This document shows, one piece after another, positions 19,717 through 28,912 of a stretch of DNA of 64,000 bases. Numbering within the stretch: position 1 is the stretch's first letter; the number at the start of each line of letters is the position of its first letter. The notes under the pieces are model-generated. The model ran no database searches, had not been told where the DNA came from, and worked only from the letters and a program-made list of their open reading frames with translations. The stretch comes from Caulobacter sp. (lineage in GTDB: Bacteria; Pseudomonadota; Alphaproteobacteria; Caulobacterales; Caulobacteraceae). The DNA lies in contig JAGHZU010000003.1 of assembly GCA_017745235.1 (NCBI GenBank), positions 190,465 to 254,464 of the forward strand, given 5' to 3'. A program made the translations under genes and the position numbers.

Positions 19717-20040
19717 CTAGTGGCGCGACGTTGAAGCGTTTTCCAATTCGGTGGCGAGGCTCTGCGCCAGGCCAATAAATGTGTTGAGCGTGTCCAGGCG
19801 CTCCAACCTTCTCTGCTCGTCGAGGCTCTTTTCGTTGGCCTCTCCAGATTGCGACACAAAGCGTATCACGACCCCGGCCGGTCCCTCATCTGTCATGGCG
19901 GCCCGCGCTAGGTCAGCCCACTCGCTGGCCGTCGAGGCGGAAGCTTCAACGGCTTGCCCCAGCGCAAGCCGGATGACGTAGTGGGCGGTGTTGTCAACGC
20001 CTGACGCAAACTTGAGCCAACGATCAGCGGCTTCGGGCAA
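19717..20040 (-). CDS. Hypothetical protein
   Basis: 107-aa ORF, no recognised motif. Confidence 0.45.
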   Translation of the reverse strand: MPEAADRWLKFASGVDNTAHYVIRLALGQAVEASASTASEWADLARAAMTDEGPAGVVIRFVSQSGEANEKSLDEQRRLERLDTLNTFIGLAQSLATELENASTSRH

Positions 20041-20078
20041 CGTCAGTTTCGGTCGTCGCTCAGCGCGGAGCGCGCCAG

Positions 20079-20684
20079 TTACTGCAACTGCGCCGACGCC
20101 CTGCCATGAAGCTCGGCTACCCGCCGTTCAACCGACGCGGCCTTGTTGAAGACGTCGACGGCGTTCTGAGTAAACCAGCCCTCGGTAACGATCGGGCTCG
20201 ATGTCATATTGGCCATCTCGAACTGGGCCGCGCGTCGCTCGGCCACGACGATCATCATGCTTTGCAGGTTGAAGACCGCCGTCGCCAGGATCGGATCGTC
20301 TAACTCCGACACCTTCAGCTCGCTCAGCACCTTCATCGACAGCGTCAAAGGCCCCTGCTCTTCCAGCGCCACGAAATTCTTGAGGCTGAGGTTCTTGCCT
20401 TCGACGGCGCGCTGGACCGCTTGGAAGGACTGTAGGACCCATCGCGCGCTGGAGGCGGCGTTTTCGTAGATCCGCCTTTTGGAATCCTGGGCCTGCCGCG
20501 TGATGAAGCGTTCCTGGAGCCAGGCCGCGGCGAAGACCGCGGCGGCGGCGAAGATGGCCTGGGCCCAAGCCGCCACCGTCGAGCCAAACAGGCTGTTGTC
20601 CTTGGCGGTGGCTCCGCCGAGGAAATAGCCGACGATCGCCACAGCGACCATCAACACAAGGACGGGACGAGACAACTTGACCAT
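20079..20684 (-). CDS. Hypothetical protein with two N-terminal membrane helices
   Basis: 201 aa; hydrophobic segments near residues 7-24 and 36-55. Confidence 0.6.
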   Translation of the reverse strand: MVKLSRPVLVLMVAVAIVGYFLGGATAKDNSLFGSTVAAWAQAIFAAAAVFAAAWLQERFITRQAQDSKRRIYENAASSARWVLQSFQAVQRAVEGKNLSLKNFVALEEQGPLTLSMKVLSELKVSELDDPILATAVFNLQSMMIVVAERRAAQFEMANMTSSPIVTEGWFTQNAVDVFNKAASVERRVAELHGRASAQLQ

Positions 20685-20693
20685 GATCTAAGC

Positions 20694-22082
20694 TTGGCCG
20701 AACAGCGTTCGCAAATCCACCCTCCCGCTGTTGTCGGTCACGGACGCTCCGCCCTCCCCGACAACGCCAGGACCGCAATCAGGAGCAAGAGCTTGGCCGA
20801 GGCGATGTTCAGCGAAATCTACGCCAACACTCCCGAGACCGACTACACGCTCAGCTTTTTCATGAAAGCGGCCCACGGCGCTGAGACCGCGACCCTGGCC
20901 TGCCCCTTCTTCACCAACTACCCGGCGGTGAAGCTGCTGACGGAGCAGGGCTGTGAGGTCAAACTGTTGGTGCGCCTGTGTCACGCCACGACGCCGGACG
21001 CCCTGCGCCAGGCGCTGGCTGATCCGCTCGTCAGCGTGAAGTTTTTCACGGGCCGGCGGTTTCACGCCAAGTTCTACATCGTCGACGATCGTGCGCTGGT
21101 CGGCTCGGCCAACCTGACGGGCGCGGGGCTGGGCGACAATCGGGAGCTGTCGATCCTGTTGACGCGGCAGGCCGACGAGGCGTTTGCCGAGCTTCCTGGT
21201 CTGTTCGATGAGCTCTACGACAGTGCCGATCAGCTCGACATGGTCGCCCTCACGGCGTTCGAGCAAGCGCTGCGCCGCCAGCCGCCGTCCTTCGCGGACG
21301 AAGACTTCGAGAAGACGCTGACCAGCCTTATCCCCGCCGCCGAACCGCGTAGCACGATCGTCGGCAGTGGCCGAAAGTCTAAGGTCCGCGCGTTCCTTCA
21401 GCGCTTCAAGACGCGCTACGACAAGCTTGGCCGCGCGCTGGGGGAGATCGAGGAGCGGTTTCGCGCCGACCAACGCCGCCGGCCCGAGTTCGACGGCGGG
21501 GAACTGGATATCGAGATCAGTCGATTCCTGGGCTGGGTGCGGGTCGCGCATGCGCCCGGCGACACCTGGTCGACCCAACCCCTATTAGAGCGCGGTGGAC
21601 GGCGCGCGCGCATTGAAGAGCTGATGGACCTATGGTTCGCCACCGACGACATCACCCGGGGCGACATGATCTATGCCGAGCGTGAACTGAGCAACATCGA
21701 GCGGATCCGGACGAATTTCGCCACGCCCCAGGCGATCGAGGCCCTCAGCTATGACGAGGTCTTCGACACGCTCAGCGGCTGCCATGCGTTCTATGAGCTG
21801 CTGCGGTTCACCAAAGGAAGCATTGAGGGCTTGCGAGCCCAGTTTTCCCAACTCAACGCCCTGCCCAAGATCCAACGCAGCCTCATCTACCTGCTGCACG
21901 GGCGCGACCCCATCGATCCCCTCGCCCGAGCCTATGACTGCCTCAACGATAAGACCTATCGGCTTCGGCGGTTTGGAGAGTCATGCACAATGGAGCTGTT
22001 GGGCTGGATGGAGCGTGACCGTCACCCGATCAATGGCCGGACGATCCGAGCGCTGCGCTACCTTGGCTTTGACGTTTCCTAG
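20694..22082 (+). CDS. Phospholipase D-family (HKD) nuclease, restriction-enzyme-like (start may be ATG 20805)
   Basis: Single RFHAKFYIVDDRALVGSANLT...NRE motif, as in BfiI/NgoFVII/DrmC-type PLD nucleases; long unknown C-domain. Confidence 0.85.
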   Translation: MAEQRSQIHPPAVVGHGRSALPDNARTAIRSKSLAEAMFSEIYANTPETDYTLSFFMKAAHGAETATLACPFFTNYPAVKLLTEQGCEVKLLVRLCHATTPDALRQALADPLVSVKFFTGRRFHAKFYIVDDRALVGSANLTGAGLGDNRELSILLTRQADEAFAELPGLFDELYDSADQLDMVALTAFEQALRRQPPSFADEDFEKTLTSLIPAAEPRSTIVGSGRKSKVRAFLQRFKTRYDKLGRALGEIEERFRADQRRRPEFDGGELDIEISRFLGWVRVAHAPGDTWSTQPLLERGGRRARIEELMDLWFATDDITRGDMIYAERELSNIERIRTNFATPQAIEALSYDEVFDTLSGCHAFYELLRFTKGSIEGLRAQFSQLNALPKIQRSLIYLLHGRDPIDPLARAYDCLNDKTYRLRRFGESCTMELLGWMERDRHPINGRTIRALRYLGFDVS

Positions 22083-22125
22083 GCCTGGGATAAAGCCGTC
22101 CGTACCCGTATTGCGATGTGATCGA

Positions 22126-23493
22126 TCAGCCAGCCAATTGTGAGGGGCTCGACGGCGTCAGCCCGTTTACTGCCGGGAACACCCGGTTTGTTCGCCCCAG
22201 GGCGGCCATCAACGTCAGGTGAGCCCGCCAGCCGCGATACTCGGCGTCGTCATCGATCCCCAACGCGCGATCTCCAGCCGGCGTAAAGCGCATCAGTTGC
22301 TCGCTGATGCCTTGCCGGCCGAAGATCCAGCAGCCGATCCGATGCCGCGAGAGCATGACGCACAGACGGCCGGCGTCGAGATGAAACGCCGTTGCGTCGG
22401 CGCGGCCTGACAGCGGATGATGCACGAACATAAAGGGCCGCTCGATGCCCTGGAAGCGGTTGGCGGTCTCCACAAAAACCCCGCCCAGATGCGCGCCAAG
22501 TCGCTCGCGCACCGCGTTAACCTGACTCACGTGCGCGCAGACCACGCCGATCTTGTCGGGTGTGACTTCCGACACCTGACCATCGTCGCTCATCCAGGCG
22601 CGACGACGCAGCAGGCGCTCGATCGAGGCGACAAGCTCTTGTGCAAGCTCGCCGTCAGCTTCGCCCGTAGTCTGCGGCGGCAGTTCGACCATCACGATGG
22701 ATGCGCCGGTCGTGACTGCGTCGAGCGCCGCGTCGAACGGCATAATCCCAGCGGCTTCAAATCGGATGGAGCGGTTTCGGCTCATCGCCTGGAACGACAT
22801 GTCGGGATAGAAGGCGGGCTGCACCAAGCTGACAGTGTCTGCGTTAAGCCGGCGGGAAATCGGCAGGTTCAGCTGCAGCACGCTCGGATGACGCCGCACC
22901 AGGGCCGCCGGACAAGACACCTGCGGACCGGAAGGGTCACACCGCCAACGCTCGATCTCGCAGTTCACAAACGGATCGATCTGGCCCGGATCGCCGATCA
23001 AAACGTGCCGCGGCGCAAGGTTCGAGATCAACTGGAACCGGTAGTCGGGTAGCTGGAAAGCTTCATCGACGATCTGGACGTCAAAGCAGGCCTCCGTTGT
23101 CTGAATCCACGACCACTTCGCCGCGTTGCCGATCGTGATCGACGGTTGACGCGGAAGATTGGCGACGTCGTTGACGACGACCAAGTTCGACAGCTGGCGC
23201 ACATCATCCGGGAGATTGAGGTCGCGCTTAGCGAATAGATGGATTGGCATCGAGCGCGCGTTCGCCGCAAGCCGCCGGGTCAAGTCGAAGGCCTGCTCGT
23301 TGGTCTGGGTGACCACCATGCAGCGCTGATCCAGCAACGTCGCGCTCTGCAAAGCCACCCGTTGCGCCACCCCGGTCTTGCCCGCGCCTGGGGGCGACCG
23401 CAAGACAAGCGCCGGTTCCCCCTGCCATTGACTGGCCAGGACCCGCTCAAGCGCGGCATTTGCAACAGCTTCGGGATCAAGAGGCTCATTCAT
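22126..23493 (-). CDS. Superfamily 1B (Dna2/Upf1-like) helicase/ATPase
   Basis: SPPGAGKT Walker A, IVDEAFQ Walker B, LIGDPGQ motif III, ETANRFQG motif V, VMLSRHR motif VI. Confidence 0.88.
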   Translation of the reverse strand: MNEPLDPEAVANAALERVLASQWQGEPALVLRSPPGAGKTGVAQRVALQSATLLDQRCMVVTQTNEQAFDLTRRLAANARSMPIHLFAKRDLNLPDDVRQLSNLVVVNDVANLPRQPSITIGNAAKWSWIQTTEACFDVQIVDEAFQLPDYRFQLISNLAPRHVLIGDPGQIDPFVNCEIERWRCDPSGPQVSCPAALVRRHPSVLQLNLPISRRLNADTVSLVQPAFYPDMSFQAMSRNRSIRFEAAGIMPFDAALDAVTTGASIVMVELPPQTTGEADGELAQELVASIERLLRRRAWMSDDGQVSEVTPDKIGVVCAHVSQVNAVRERLGAHLGGVFVETANRFQGIERPFMFVHHPLSGRADATAFHLDAGRLCVMLSRHRIGCWIFGRQGISEQLMRFTPAGDRALGIDDDAEYRGWRAHLTLMAALGRTNRVFPAVNGLTPSSPSQLAG

Positions 23494-24920
23494 GTGAGAT
23501 CCTCGACGACCGCGAGCAGGTTAGACGGCATCGGCCGACTCAACGGTGTCGGCGCGGGCAACGCACCACTATGGGTCCATGGCGGATTGGCGAGTCGGGC
23601 GCTCATCTGGCCAAGTTCACGGCCCATGCTTTTCCATTTTGGCGCTTCAGGACCAAAATCGAAGCTGTCGTTCCGGGCAATGCGCTTGGCGGCGTTTTTT
23701 CCCTCAAGCACCATACCTGTAATCCAGGTGAAGGGTCCACGGCGTTCGACCTGGTCGATGCGGATCGAGAGCTTAGGATCGTCCAGGGTCCAAAGGACGT
23801 CGCCAATGCGCAGGTGCAGGCTGTCCTGATCGCTGTTGAGAACAAGCTGATACTCGAAGAGCTTCGGCCGGATACGCTCTTCAAAGACGTCGACCACGTG
23901 GACCCGCAGCACGCTGCCGTTCACAACGCCTCGCTCGCGGGCGGCGTGGTCATGACGGAGTTTCCCCGAGTCGACGTTCGAGACCGCCCGCTCGCGGGCG
24001 ACGATCTTCATCACGCCGGCCTTGGGCGAGTCGTGGTAGGGAAGAAAGTGCCCTTCGGCGCGCGCCGCCATGAACCGCTCGAACTCTTGGGCTTCCTGTT
24101 CGGCAAATTCGTCTAGCGCCCGGTTCGCCGTCCAGCGCGGAGCCATCAGCAACGCCATAGCCCGCTGGGTCGCCGTGTAGATCGGGCGAATGACCCCTTC
24201 CAGCATTTGCTGGATGCGGCTCTGGTGAAAAGCGATCTCACTAGCAGAGCTCGCTTTATGAAAACCCTCGATGGCCGGCTGGAGGTAGTTTCGGTCGAAC
24301 TGAGGGTCGGTCTTCGCCCCCATGGGCTGGGCTTCGGCGGCCGCGACCGCTGCGAAAATGTCGCGCCCCGGCGGTGGCTCGATCCAGGTCAGAAGCGAGC
24401 CCAGATGCTCGTCCTCTGACTCTTGTTGGCCTGTCGCGTAATGCAGACGCAGCGCCCCACTGGCGCTGATCAGGGCCTGTTGGCCCGCAACGGGCGAGCG
24501 CTCACCGGCATAGGTCCAAAGAGTGCCTAGACGTTGGATATCGGGCTCGTCGGTGAAGCGGAGGCGGTCGGCCAGGGTGTCGAGATGGCCGAGCGCCCCG
24601 GTGGAGGAGACCCAGATCTGCGGGAAGGTCCCGTTGGCGCGACACTCGGCGTAGTATGTTTCGAAGTGCGGAAGCAGCCAGCGCAGCAAAGCGTACTGAT
24701 CATCGCGGCGGCGGGGATCGGCCACGACCTGAATCTGCGCGGGCTCGCCAAACCGTCCCAGGGCGGCGGCATGGACGGAGGTATCCTCCCCTGCCATAGA
24801 CAGCAGTGTGAGAATTCGCGCATGCGGCTGAATGACGACCTGGCGCTGCAAAACGACCGGCACGGCCTGACCGCGTTGCAAGGCGCGCAAGCGCGCGGCT
24901 ACTTGAATGAGGTCAGCCAT
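23490..24920 (-). CDS. Conserved hypothetical protein coupled to the helicase
   Basis: ATG 24920 overlaps the upstream stop (ATGGCTGA); its stop overlaps the helicase ATG (ATGA). Confidence 0.75.
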   Translation of the reverse strand: MADLIQVAARLRALQRGQAVPVVLQRQVVIQPHARILTLLSMAGEDTSVHAAALGRFGEPAQIQVVADPRRRDDQYALLRWLLPHFETYYAECRANGTFPQIWVSSTGALGHLDTLADRLRFTDEPDIQRLGTLWTYAGERSPVAGQQALISASGALRLHYATGQQESEDEHLGSLLTWIEPPPGRDIFAAVAAAEAQPMGAKTDPQFDRNYLQPAIEGFHKASSASEIAFHQSRIQQMLEGVIRPIYTATQRAMALLMAPRWTANRALDEFAEQEAQEFERFMAARAEGHFLPYHDSPKAGVMKIVARERAVSNVDSGKLRHDHAARERGVVNGSVLRVHVVDVFEERIRPKLFEYQLVLNSDQDSLHLRIGDVLWTLDDPKLSIRIDQVERRGPFTWITGMVLEGKNAAKRIARNDSFDFGPEAPKWKSMGRELGQMSARLANPPWTHSGALPAPTPLSRPMPSNLLAVVEDLT

Positions 24921-26019
24921 TGGCGATCCGATCAAGCACCAGGGAGGCGGCCCGAAGTTCCGCTGACAGGGCTTCTTCGGCTCTGTTGGCCGGGGGGCGA
25001 CCACGCCCATCGAGGAGGTCAAATGCGCGGGCGATGGACCCAGCGGCGGCCAACTGTTCGGCTGCTAGATCGCCAAGAATGATGGGTTGGCCCGCCGCGA
25101 GCGCTTGGCCGCGGCAGCGCTCCCATAGCGCACAGTGTTCCTTGCAGTTCGAACGATAGTTGTTGGGTAACTGCTCGATCACATTGGGGTCGGCGAAGGT
25201 CGCGCCCGCAGGGACAAGCTGTTCCACCTCGTCCAGGTCGGCGGGGGCCGTCGACAGGGCTCGCACCAGCGAGGCCAGCTCAGCCTCGGCGCGCATCGAT
25301 GCGAAGAGACGTGGATTGAAGGATCCAGGGGCGCGAAGCACCATGTCCACCCGATCGCCCGCGAGATCGGCGTCACCGCCCCGCCTTGCAATATGCTGGC
25401 GAAGCGCCAGCGTGCCGACAGCGGCCTCACGGCACGCGGCACGAATATCCGACCGATCGGTCTTGCCGCCCCGGTCGGCGAACGACTTGATCACGCCGAC
25501 TTGGTAGAAGCGCGCGTCGTCGCTGGCCACGAGGTAGTCGAGTTCGATGGCGTGAGTGACGCCAACGAGCTCTAGCGTTAATCGCGGATTCAAGATCAGA
25601 TTGGGCGCGAGCGGGTTACCATCCAGCTTGAGGTCGATCAGGCGCCGCGTTTCAAGTTCGCGCCGGTTACGGGCTACGACGTCATCAACCGAAGTGATAT
25701 CGGCGACTGACGAGATTTTCACTTCATGCTGAGCCAGAAGGCCCTTTTCGCGATAGGCGGTCAGCAGCGAAGAGCCGCCATTGCCCAGCAGGCGGCGTTC
25801 GAAGGCCTGGGTCAGTGTCATCGCGAACGGCGACATATTGTCGGGATCGCCGTGAAAGATGAGCTTGATGACCGCGGTTGGGGTCAGGCCAGCAATCACG
25901 ATCGCCCGAAGGCGGGTGCAGCCCGCGTTGCGCGCCACGCTCTCAATGCCGCGGGCTCCGACCTCAACGGCCGGAATGCCACCACGCAGCCGAGCGAGAC
26001 GTGCATTTTCTGGGGTCAC
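24913..26019 (-). CDS. Hypothetical protein, candidate Fe-S-staple PD-(D/E)XK (Cas4/AddB-like) nuclease
   Basis: N-terminal Cys (NAGCTR), central ELDYLV...VIKSF, C-terminal CKEHCALWERC; GTGA overlap with upstream gene. Confidence 0.6.
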   Translation of the reverse strand: MTPENARLARLRGGIPAVEVGARGIESVARNAGCTRLRAIVIAGLTPTAVIKLIFHGDPDNMSPFAMTLTQAFERRLLGNGGSSLLTAYREKGLLAQHEVKISSVADITSVDDVVARNRRELETRRLIDLKLDGNPLAPNLILNPRLTLELVGVTHAIELDYLVASDDARFYQVGVIKSFADRGGKTDRSDIRAACREAAVGTLALRQHIARRGGDADLAGDRVDMVLRAPGSFNPRLFASMRAEAELASLVRALSTAPADLDEVEQLVPAGATFADPNVIEQLPNNYRSNCKEHCALWERCRGQALAAGQPIILGDLAAEQLAAAGSIARAFDLLDGRGRPPANRAEEALSAELRAASLVLDRIANG

Positions 26020-26876
26020 CGAACAGCCCTCTCAATCGTGTCGGTGTCCACCAACAGAGGTCTGCCCCACAGCTTCAGATGAGCGCTGCTCGACGAGAGC
26101 TTGGCCGCCGCAGCGCGCCGCTCTTCGAGATCGGGGCCTTCGAGCAAGGCCAGCTCGCCATGGGCCGCGTCGACGGTTCGGCTCGTGTCGATCGCCTGGC
26201 CGGTTTCCATGGCGCCGGGAATCGACCGAGCGAACGGAAAGAGCAACCGCTCGACGCTCTTGGCCTCGGTCGCTCCGGTCTCTCTCAGCCGAGCTAGACG
26301 GCCGGCAAGACTGATCGCGATCCGAAGATTGTCCGTGCGGATGCTGCGAGACCCGATGATGCGACGCTCGACGTCCCAGGAGGAGCTCGTGAGCAGTCTT
26401 GGAATCGCCGTCAGCTGCGCCGCGCTGATCGCTGGCACGACCCAGGCTGGACGCGCCGCCAGATTGCGGCGTGCTGCGTTCTCCTCGTCACGTCTCAGGC
26501 TCGCGAAACGCGACGGCGACGGCCGGTTACCGGTGAGCGCTGCGGTGAGGTCGGCAATCAACGCCGGCGCCGCCGGCACGCCAAGATCGTCCAGCGCATC
26601 TAAGGCCAGCTCGCGAAGCGGCTTGCCTGGGCGTCGCGATCGAGGCGTGGCGATGTCACGCGCCTCAAGCTCACTGAACCTCAAGGCGTCCGAAAGGCGC
26701 TGATATTCCGCGCTCAACTCGGTGATCTTCGCCTGGGCGCGCTCGCGCCCGGCGGAATCGTTCGCCCCCAGGGCCTTCGTCAGGTCAGCATAGGCTTCCT
26801 GCTGGCGCTTGGCGTTGCGCACGAGTTGATCAGCAAGGGAGAGCGGGCGAGACATGTTATTTACATACTCTTCCAC
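26016..26876 (-). CDS. Conserved hypothetical protein (first gene of four-gene cassette)
   Basis: 286 aa; coiled-coil N-terminus and FASLRRDE...RRIIG segment. Confidence 0.75.
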   Translation of the reverse strand: MEEYVNNMSRPLSLADQLVRNAKRQQEAYADLTKALGANDSAGRERAQAKITELSAEYQRLSDALRFSELEARDIATPRSRRPGKPLRELALDALDDLGVPAAPALIADLTAALTGNRPSPSRFASLRRDEENAARRNLAARPAWVVPAISAAQLTAIPRLLTSSSWDVERRIIGSRSIRTDNLRIAISLAGRLARLRETGATEAKSVERLLFPFARSIPGAMETGQAIDTSRTVDAAHGELALLEGPDLEERRAAAAKLSSSSAHLKLWGRPLLVDTDTIERAVR

Positions 26877-26966
26877 GCTCTTCCATGCAATACCATGCCT
26901 GAAGACATTGGACGTGCGGACGCCAAGCGGCCCCCCCCACGCTCGACTGCCGCAGAAGCGACCTGA

Positions 26967-28316
26967 CTATTTAATGAAGCAAAGCACCGACTCGGTGGCG
27001 CCGGTCGGGCGCACATAAGTGCGACGCCCGGGATTGATGTCCGACATCGAATGCAGGTGGAAGTCTTCGCGTTGACTCAAGCGTAGACCGTGCTGGACGC
27101 CCATCTCACAGATAATTTTGGGCAAGTCGTTGTGCAGGTCCTTGTAGTAGGAATCTTGGACTACAAGCACCGCCCGCCCACCAGCCTTCAACCCAGTCGA
27201 CATCCGCTCCATTGAGCGTGACATTTTATCAAAATAGTCGAGATGAGTACGGTAGTAATAACCGGCTGACGCCTTCGACGGATGCGCCCTCAAGGCTTTG
27301 AGGAAACGCGCGCAAGTCTTTCCCCACTTGTCGCTGACCTCGATAGGCGCGCCTGGCACCTGGGTCGTTCCGATCATCTGCCTACCCAAAGCCCGCGCTT
27401 CGGTCTTCAGAAGCGGCCCGAGGACTGCCAGCTCAATCCGAGTCGCCGCAGTGTAGTCAATTCTCGTGCAGTAAGGCGGGGACGTGAGCACGAAATCGAT
27501 GCTCTCGGCCGCCAACTTCATCGAAACGGTGTCGGACAGATTGATCTTGCACTCGCCAGCCCGAGGCAAGTCTGGAATGAGAAGGTCGGCATCCTGTTTG
27601 GCTGCAAGCGCCGCTGACATCCCGCGAACATTTTCGGCGAAATAGCGAGCGACCGTGATTTGTGGGACCGCGATTTTCGTTTCGGTCGACTTAGGTACTC
27701 GCAGCCATGTGGGATTAGAAGATTTGAACGGCGCGACCAGCCTGCGGCAGGCGGCGAACAGCGCGACATAGAGCGTGGCTGCCGTGCCCGAGATCTTGTC
27801 CAGGTGAACGCCGTCGGGCGACTTGGTCATGCTCCCGACGAGGCTGCGACGGATATTTTGCTCGATGCCACGGATAAACGCAGCGACGCCAGGCTCAAAC
27901 CAGCCCAGTAACGGGTCGTCCTCCGCCAGCGTCGGCGGCGTAGCCCGGGAATGAAGTAGTATCGTCGCCGCGAGGGGGCGTAAGTGATCTGCTTCGCTCG
28001 ACGGCAGCAGCCGCGCGCGCGCGACGATGATCATAACTGGGTTAAGGTCGATACCCATCGAGCTGAAACCCAGCGTGCTGGCGGCATAGGTCGTCGTGCC
28101 GCTGCCATTCCAGGGGTCCAGGACGACCGCCCCGTGCGGCAGCTTTGCGCTTTGCAAAAGTTCCCGCGCGAAAAGTTCCGGATACCCTGCATAATATGGG
28201 AAAAAGCCCTCCCACCCCGTCTGAAGGCGCTTATTGCGCTTTGGCGAAAGGATGTTGAGTTTCGCCGCTCGCGGTGATGGCGCCCTGCCCGCCTTTTTGA
28301 TCAGCCCCGCCGTCAT
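26967..28316 (-). CDS. Site-specific amino-DNA methyltransferase (probably N4-cytosine, alpha order)
   Basis: Motif I VLDPWNGSGTT near the N-terminus; motif IV LTSPPY in the C-terminal half. Confidence 0.88.
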   Translation of the reverse strand: MTAGLIKKAGRAPSPRAAKLNILSPKRNKRLQTGWEGFFPYYAGYPELFARELLQSAKLPHGAVVLDPWNGSGTTTYAASTLGFSSMGIDLNPVMIIVARARLLPSSEADHLRPLAATILLHSRATPPTLAEDDPLLGWFEPGVAAFIRGIEQNIRRSLVGSMTKSPDGVHLDKISGTAATLYVALFAACRRLVAPFKSSNPTWLRVPKSTETKIAVPQITVARYFAENVRGMSAALAAKQDADLLIPDLPRAGECKINLSDTVSMKLAAESIDFVLTSPPYCTRIDYTAATRIELAVLGPLLKTEARALGRQMIGTTQVPGAPIEVSDKWGKTCARFLKALRAHPSKASAGYYYRTHLDYFDKMSRSMERMSTGLKAGGRAVLVVQDSYYKDLHNDLPKIICEMGVQHGLRLSQREDFHLHSMSDINPGRRTYVRPTGATESVLCFIK

Positions 28317-28912
28317 GCGACTGCAAACCCGCGCTGGCGTCGCACCGTGATTTCTAGACGGATCAACTCTGCCGGCAGCACGGCGGACTGAAGCACCCCG
28401 ATCGGCAGCGTGCCCGATAGCGCCGAGAAGGCCCGATCATAGACGACGACGCAGCTACCCGTCGTCAGACGCGAATTGAACAAGATGCCATCGACATCTG
28501 GCATTTCGGCATGGACAGCCTCAGATAACATTTGCCCTGAAAGGTGATCACGGGCTCGGCTCGTGTCCGTATCGATGCCCAGCTCGTATGGCGCTGCGCC
28601 TGATAGATCGAGCAACGCGAGCTCACGGTCCGAGCTGATGGCGGTTACGCACAGTTGCTCAAGGTGAGGTCTGTATAGGAACCGCCTCATCCTGCCCTCG
28701 AACCGGTCGCGCACGACGGCTTCGGCGAACGCTGTGGAGAAATTGTCAGCCGCATACAGGACGCGAAAGGCGTTTGAAGGACTCGAGAACCGGCTCGATC
28801 CGAACCCCGCATCAGCCGGTGTCGCACGATGCCGAGTCGGCAAGATACGCGGCCAGTCTGCGATGCGGGCGTGGATGATCCGGTCACGGAGCTTGGAGGT
28901 GACAATTCTCAC
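28313..28912 (-). CDS. RES-domain toxin (NAD+ phosphorylase/ADP-ribosyltransferase family)
   Basis: SRFS, VLYAA...AFAEA and DGILFNSR (R-E-S residues); 4-bp overlap with the antitoxin. Confidence 0.85.
   Translation of the reverse strand: MRIVTSKLRDRIIHARIADWPRILPTRHRATPADAGFGSSRFSSPSNAFRVLYAADNFSTAFAEAVVRDRFEGRMRRFLYRPHLEQLCVTAISSDRELALLDLSGAAPYELGIDTDTSRARDHLSGQMLSEAVHAEMPDVDGILFNSRLTTGSCVVVYDRAFSALSGTLPIGVLQSAVLPAELIRLEITVRRQRGFAVA

Noticed and set aside
20694-23493. Calling the PLD plus helicase a canonical Mokosh or DISARM system
   Set aside because: Genes are convergent; no kinase, DUF1998 or SF2 helicase domain is present. Kept only as an analogy.
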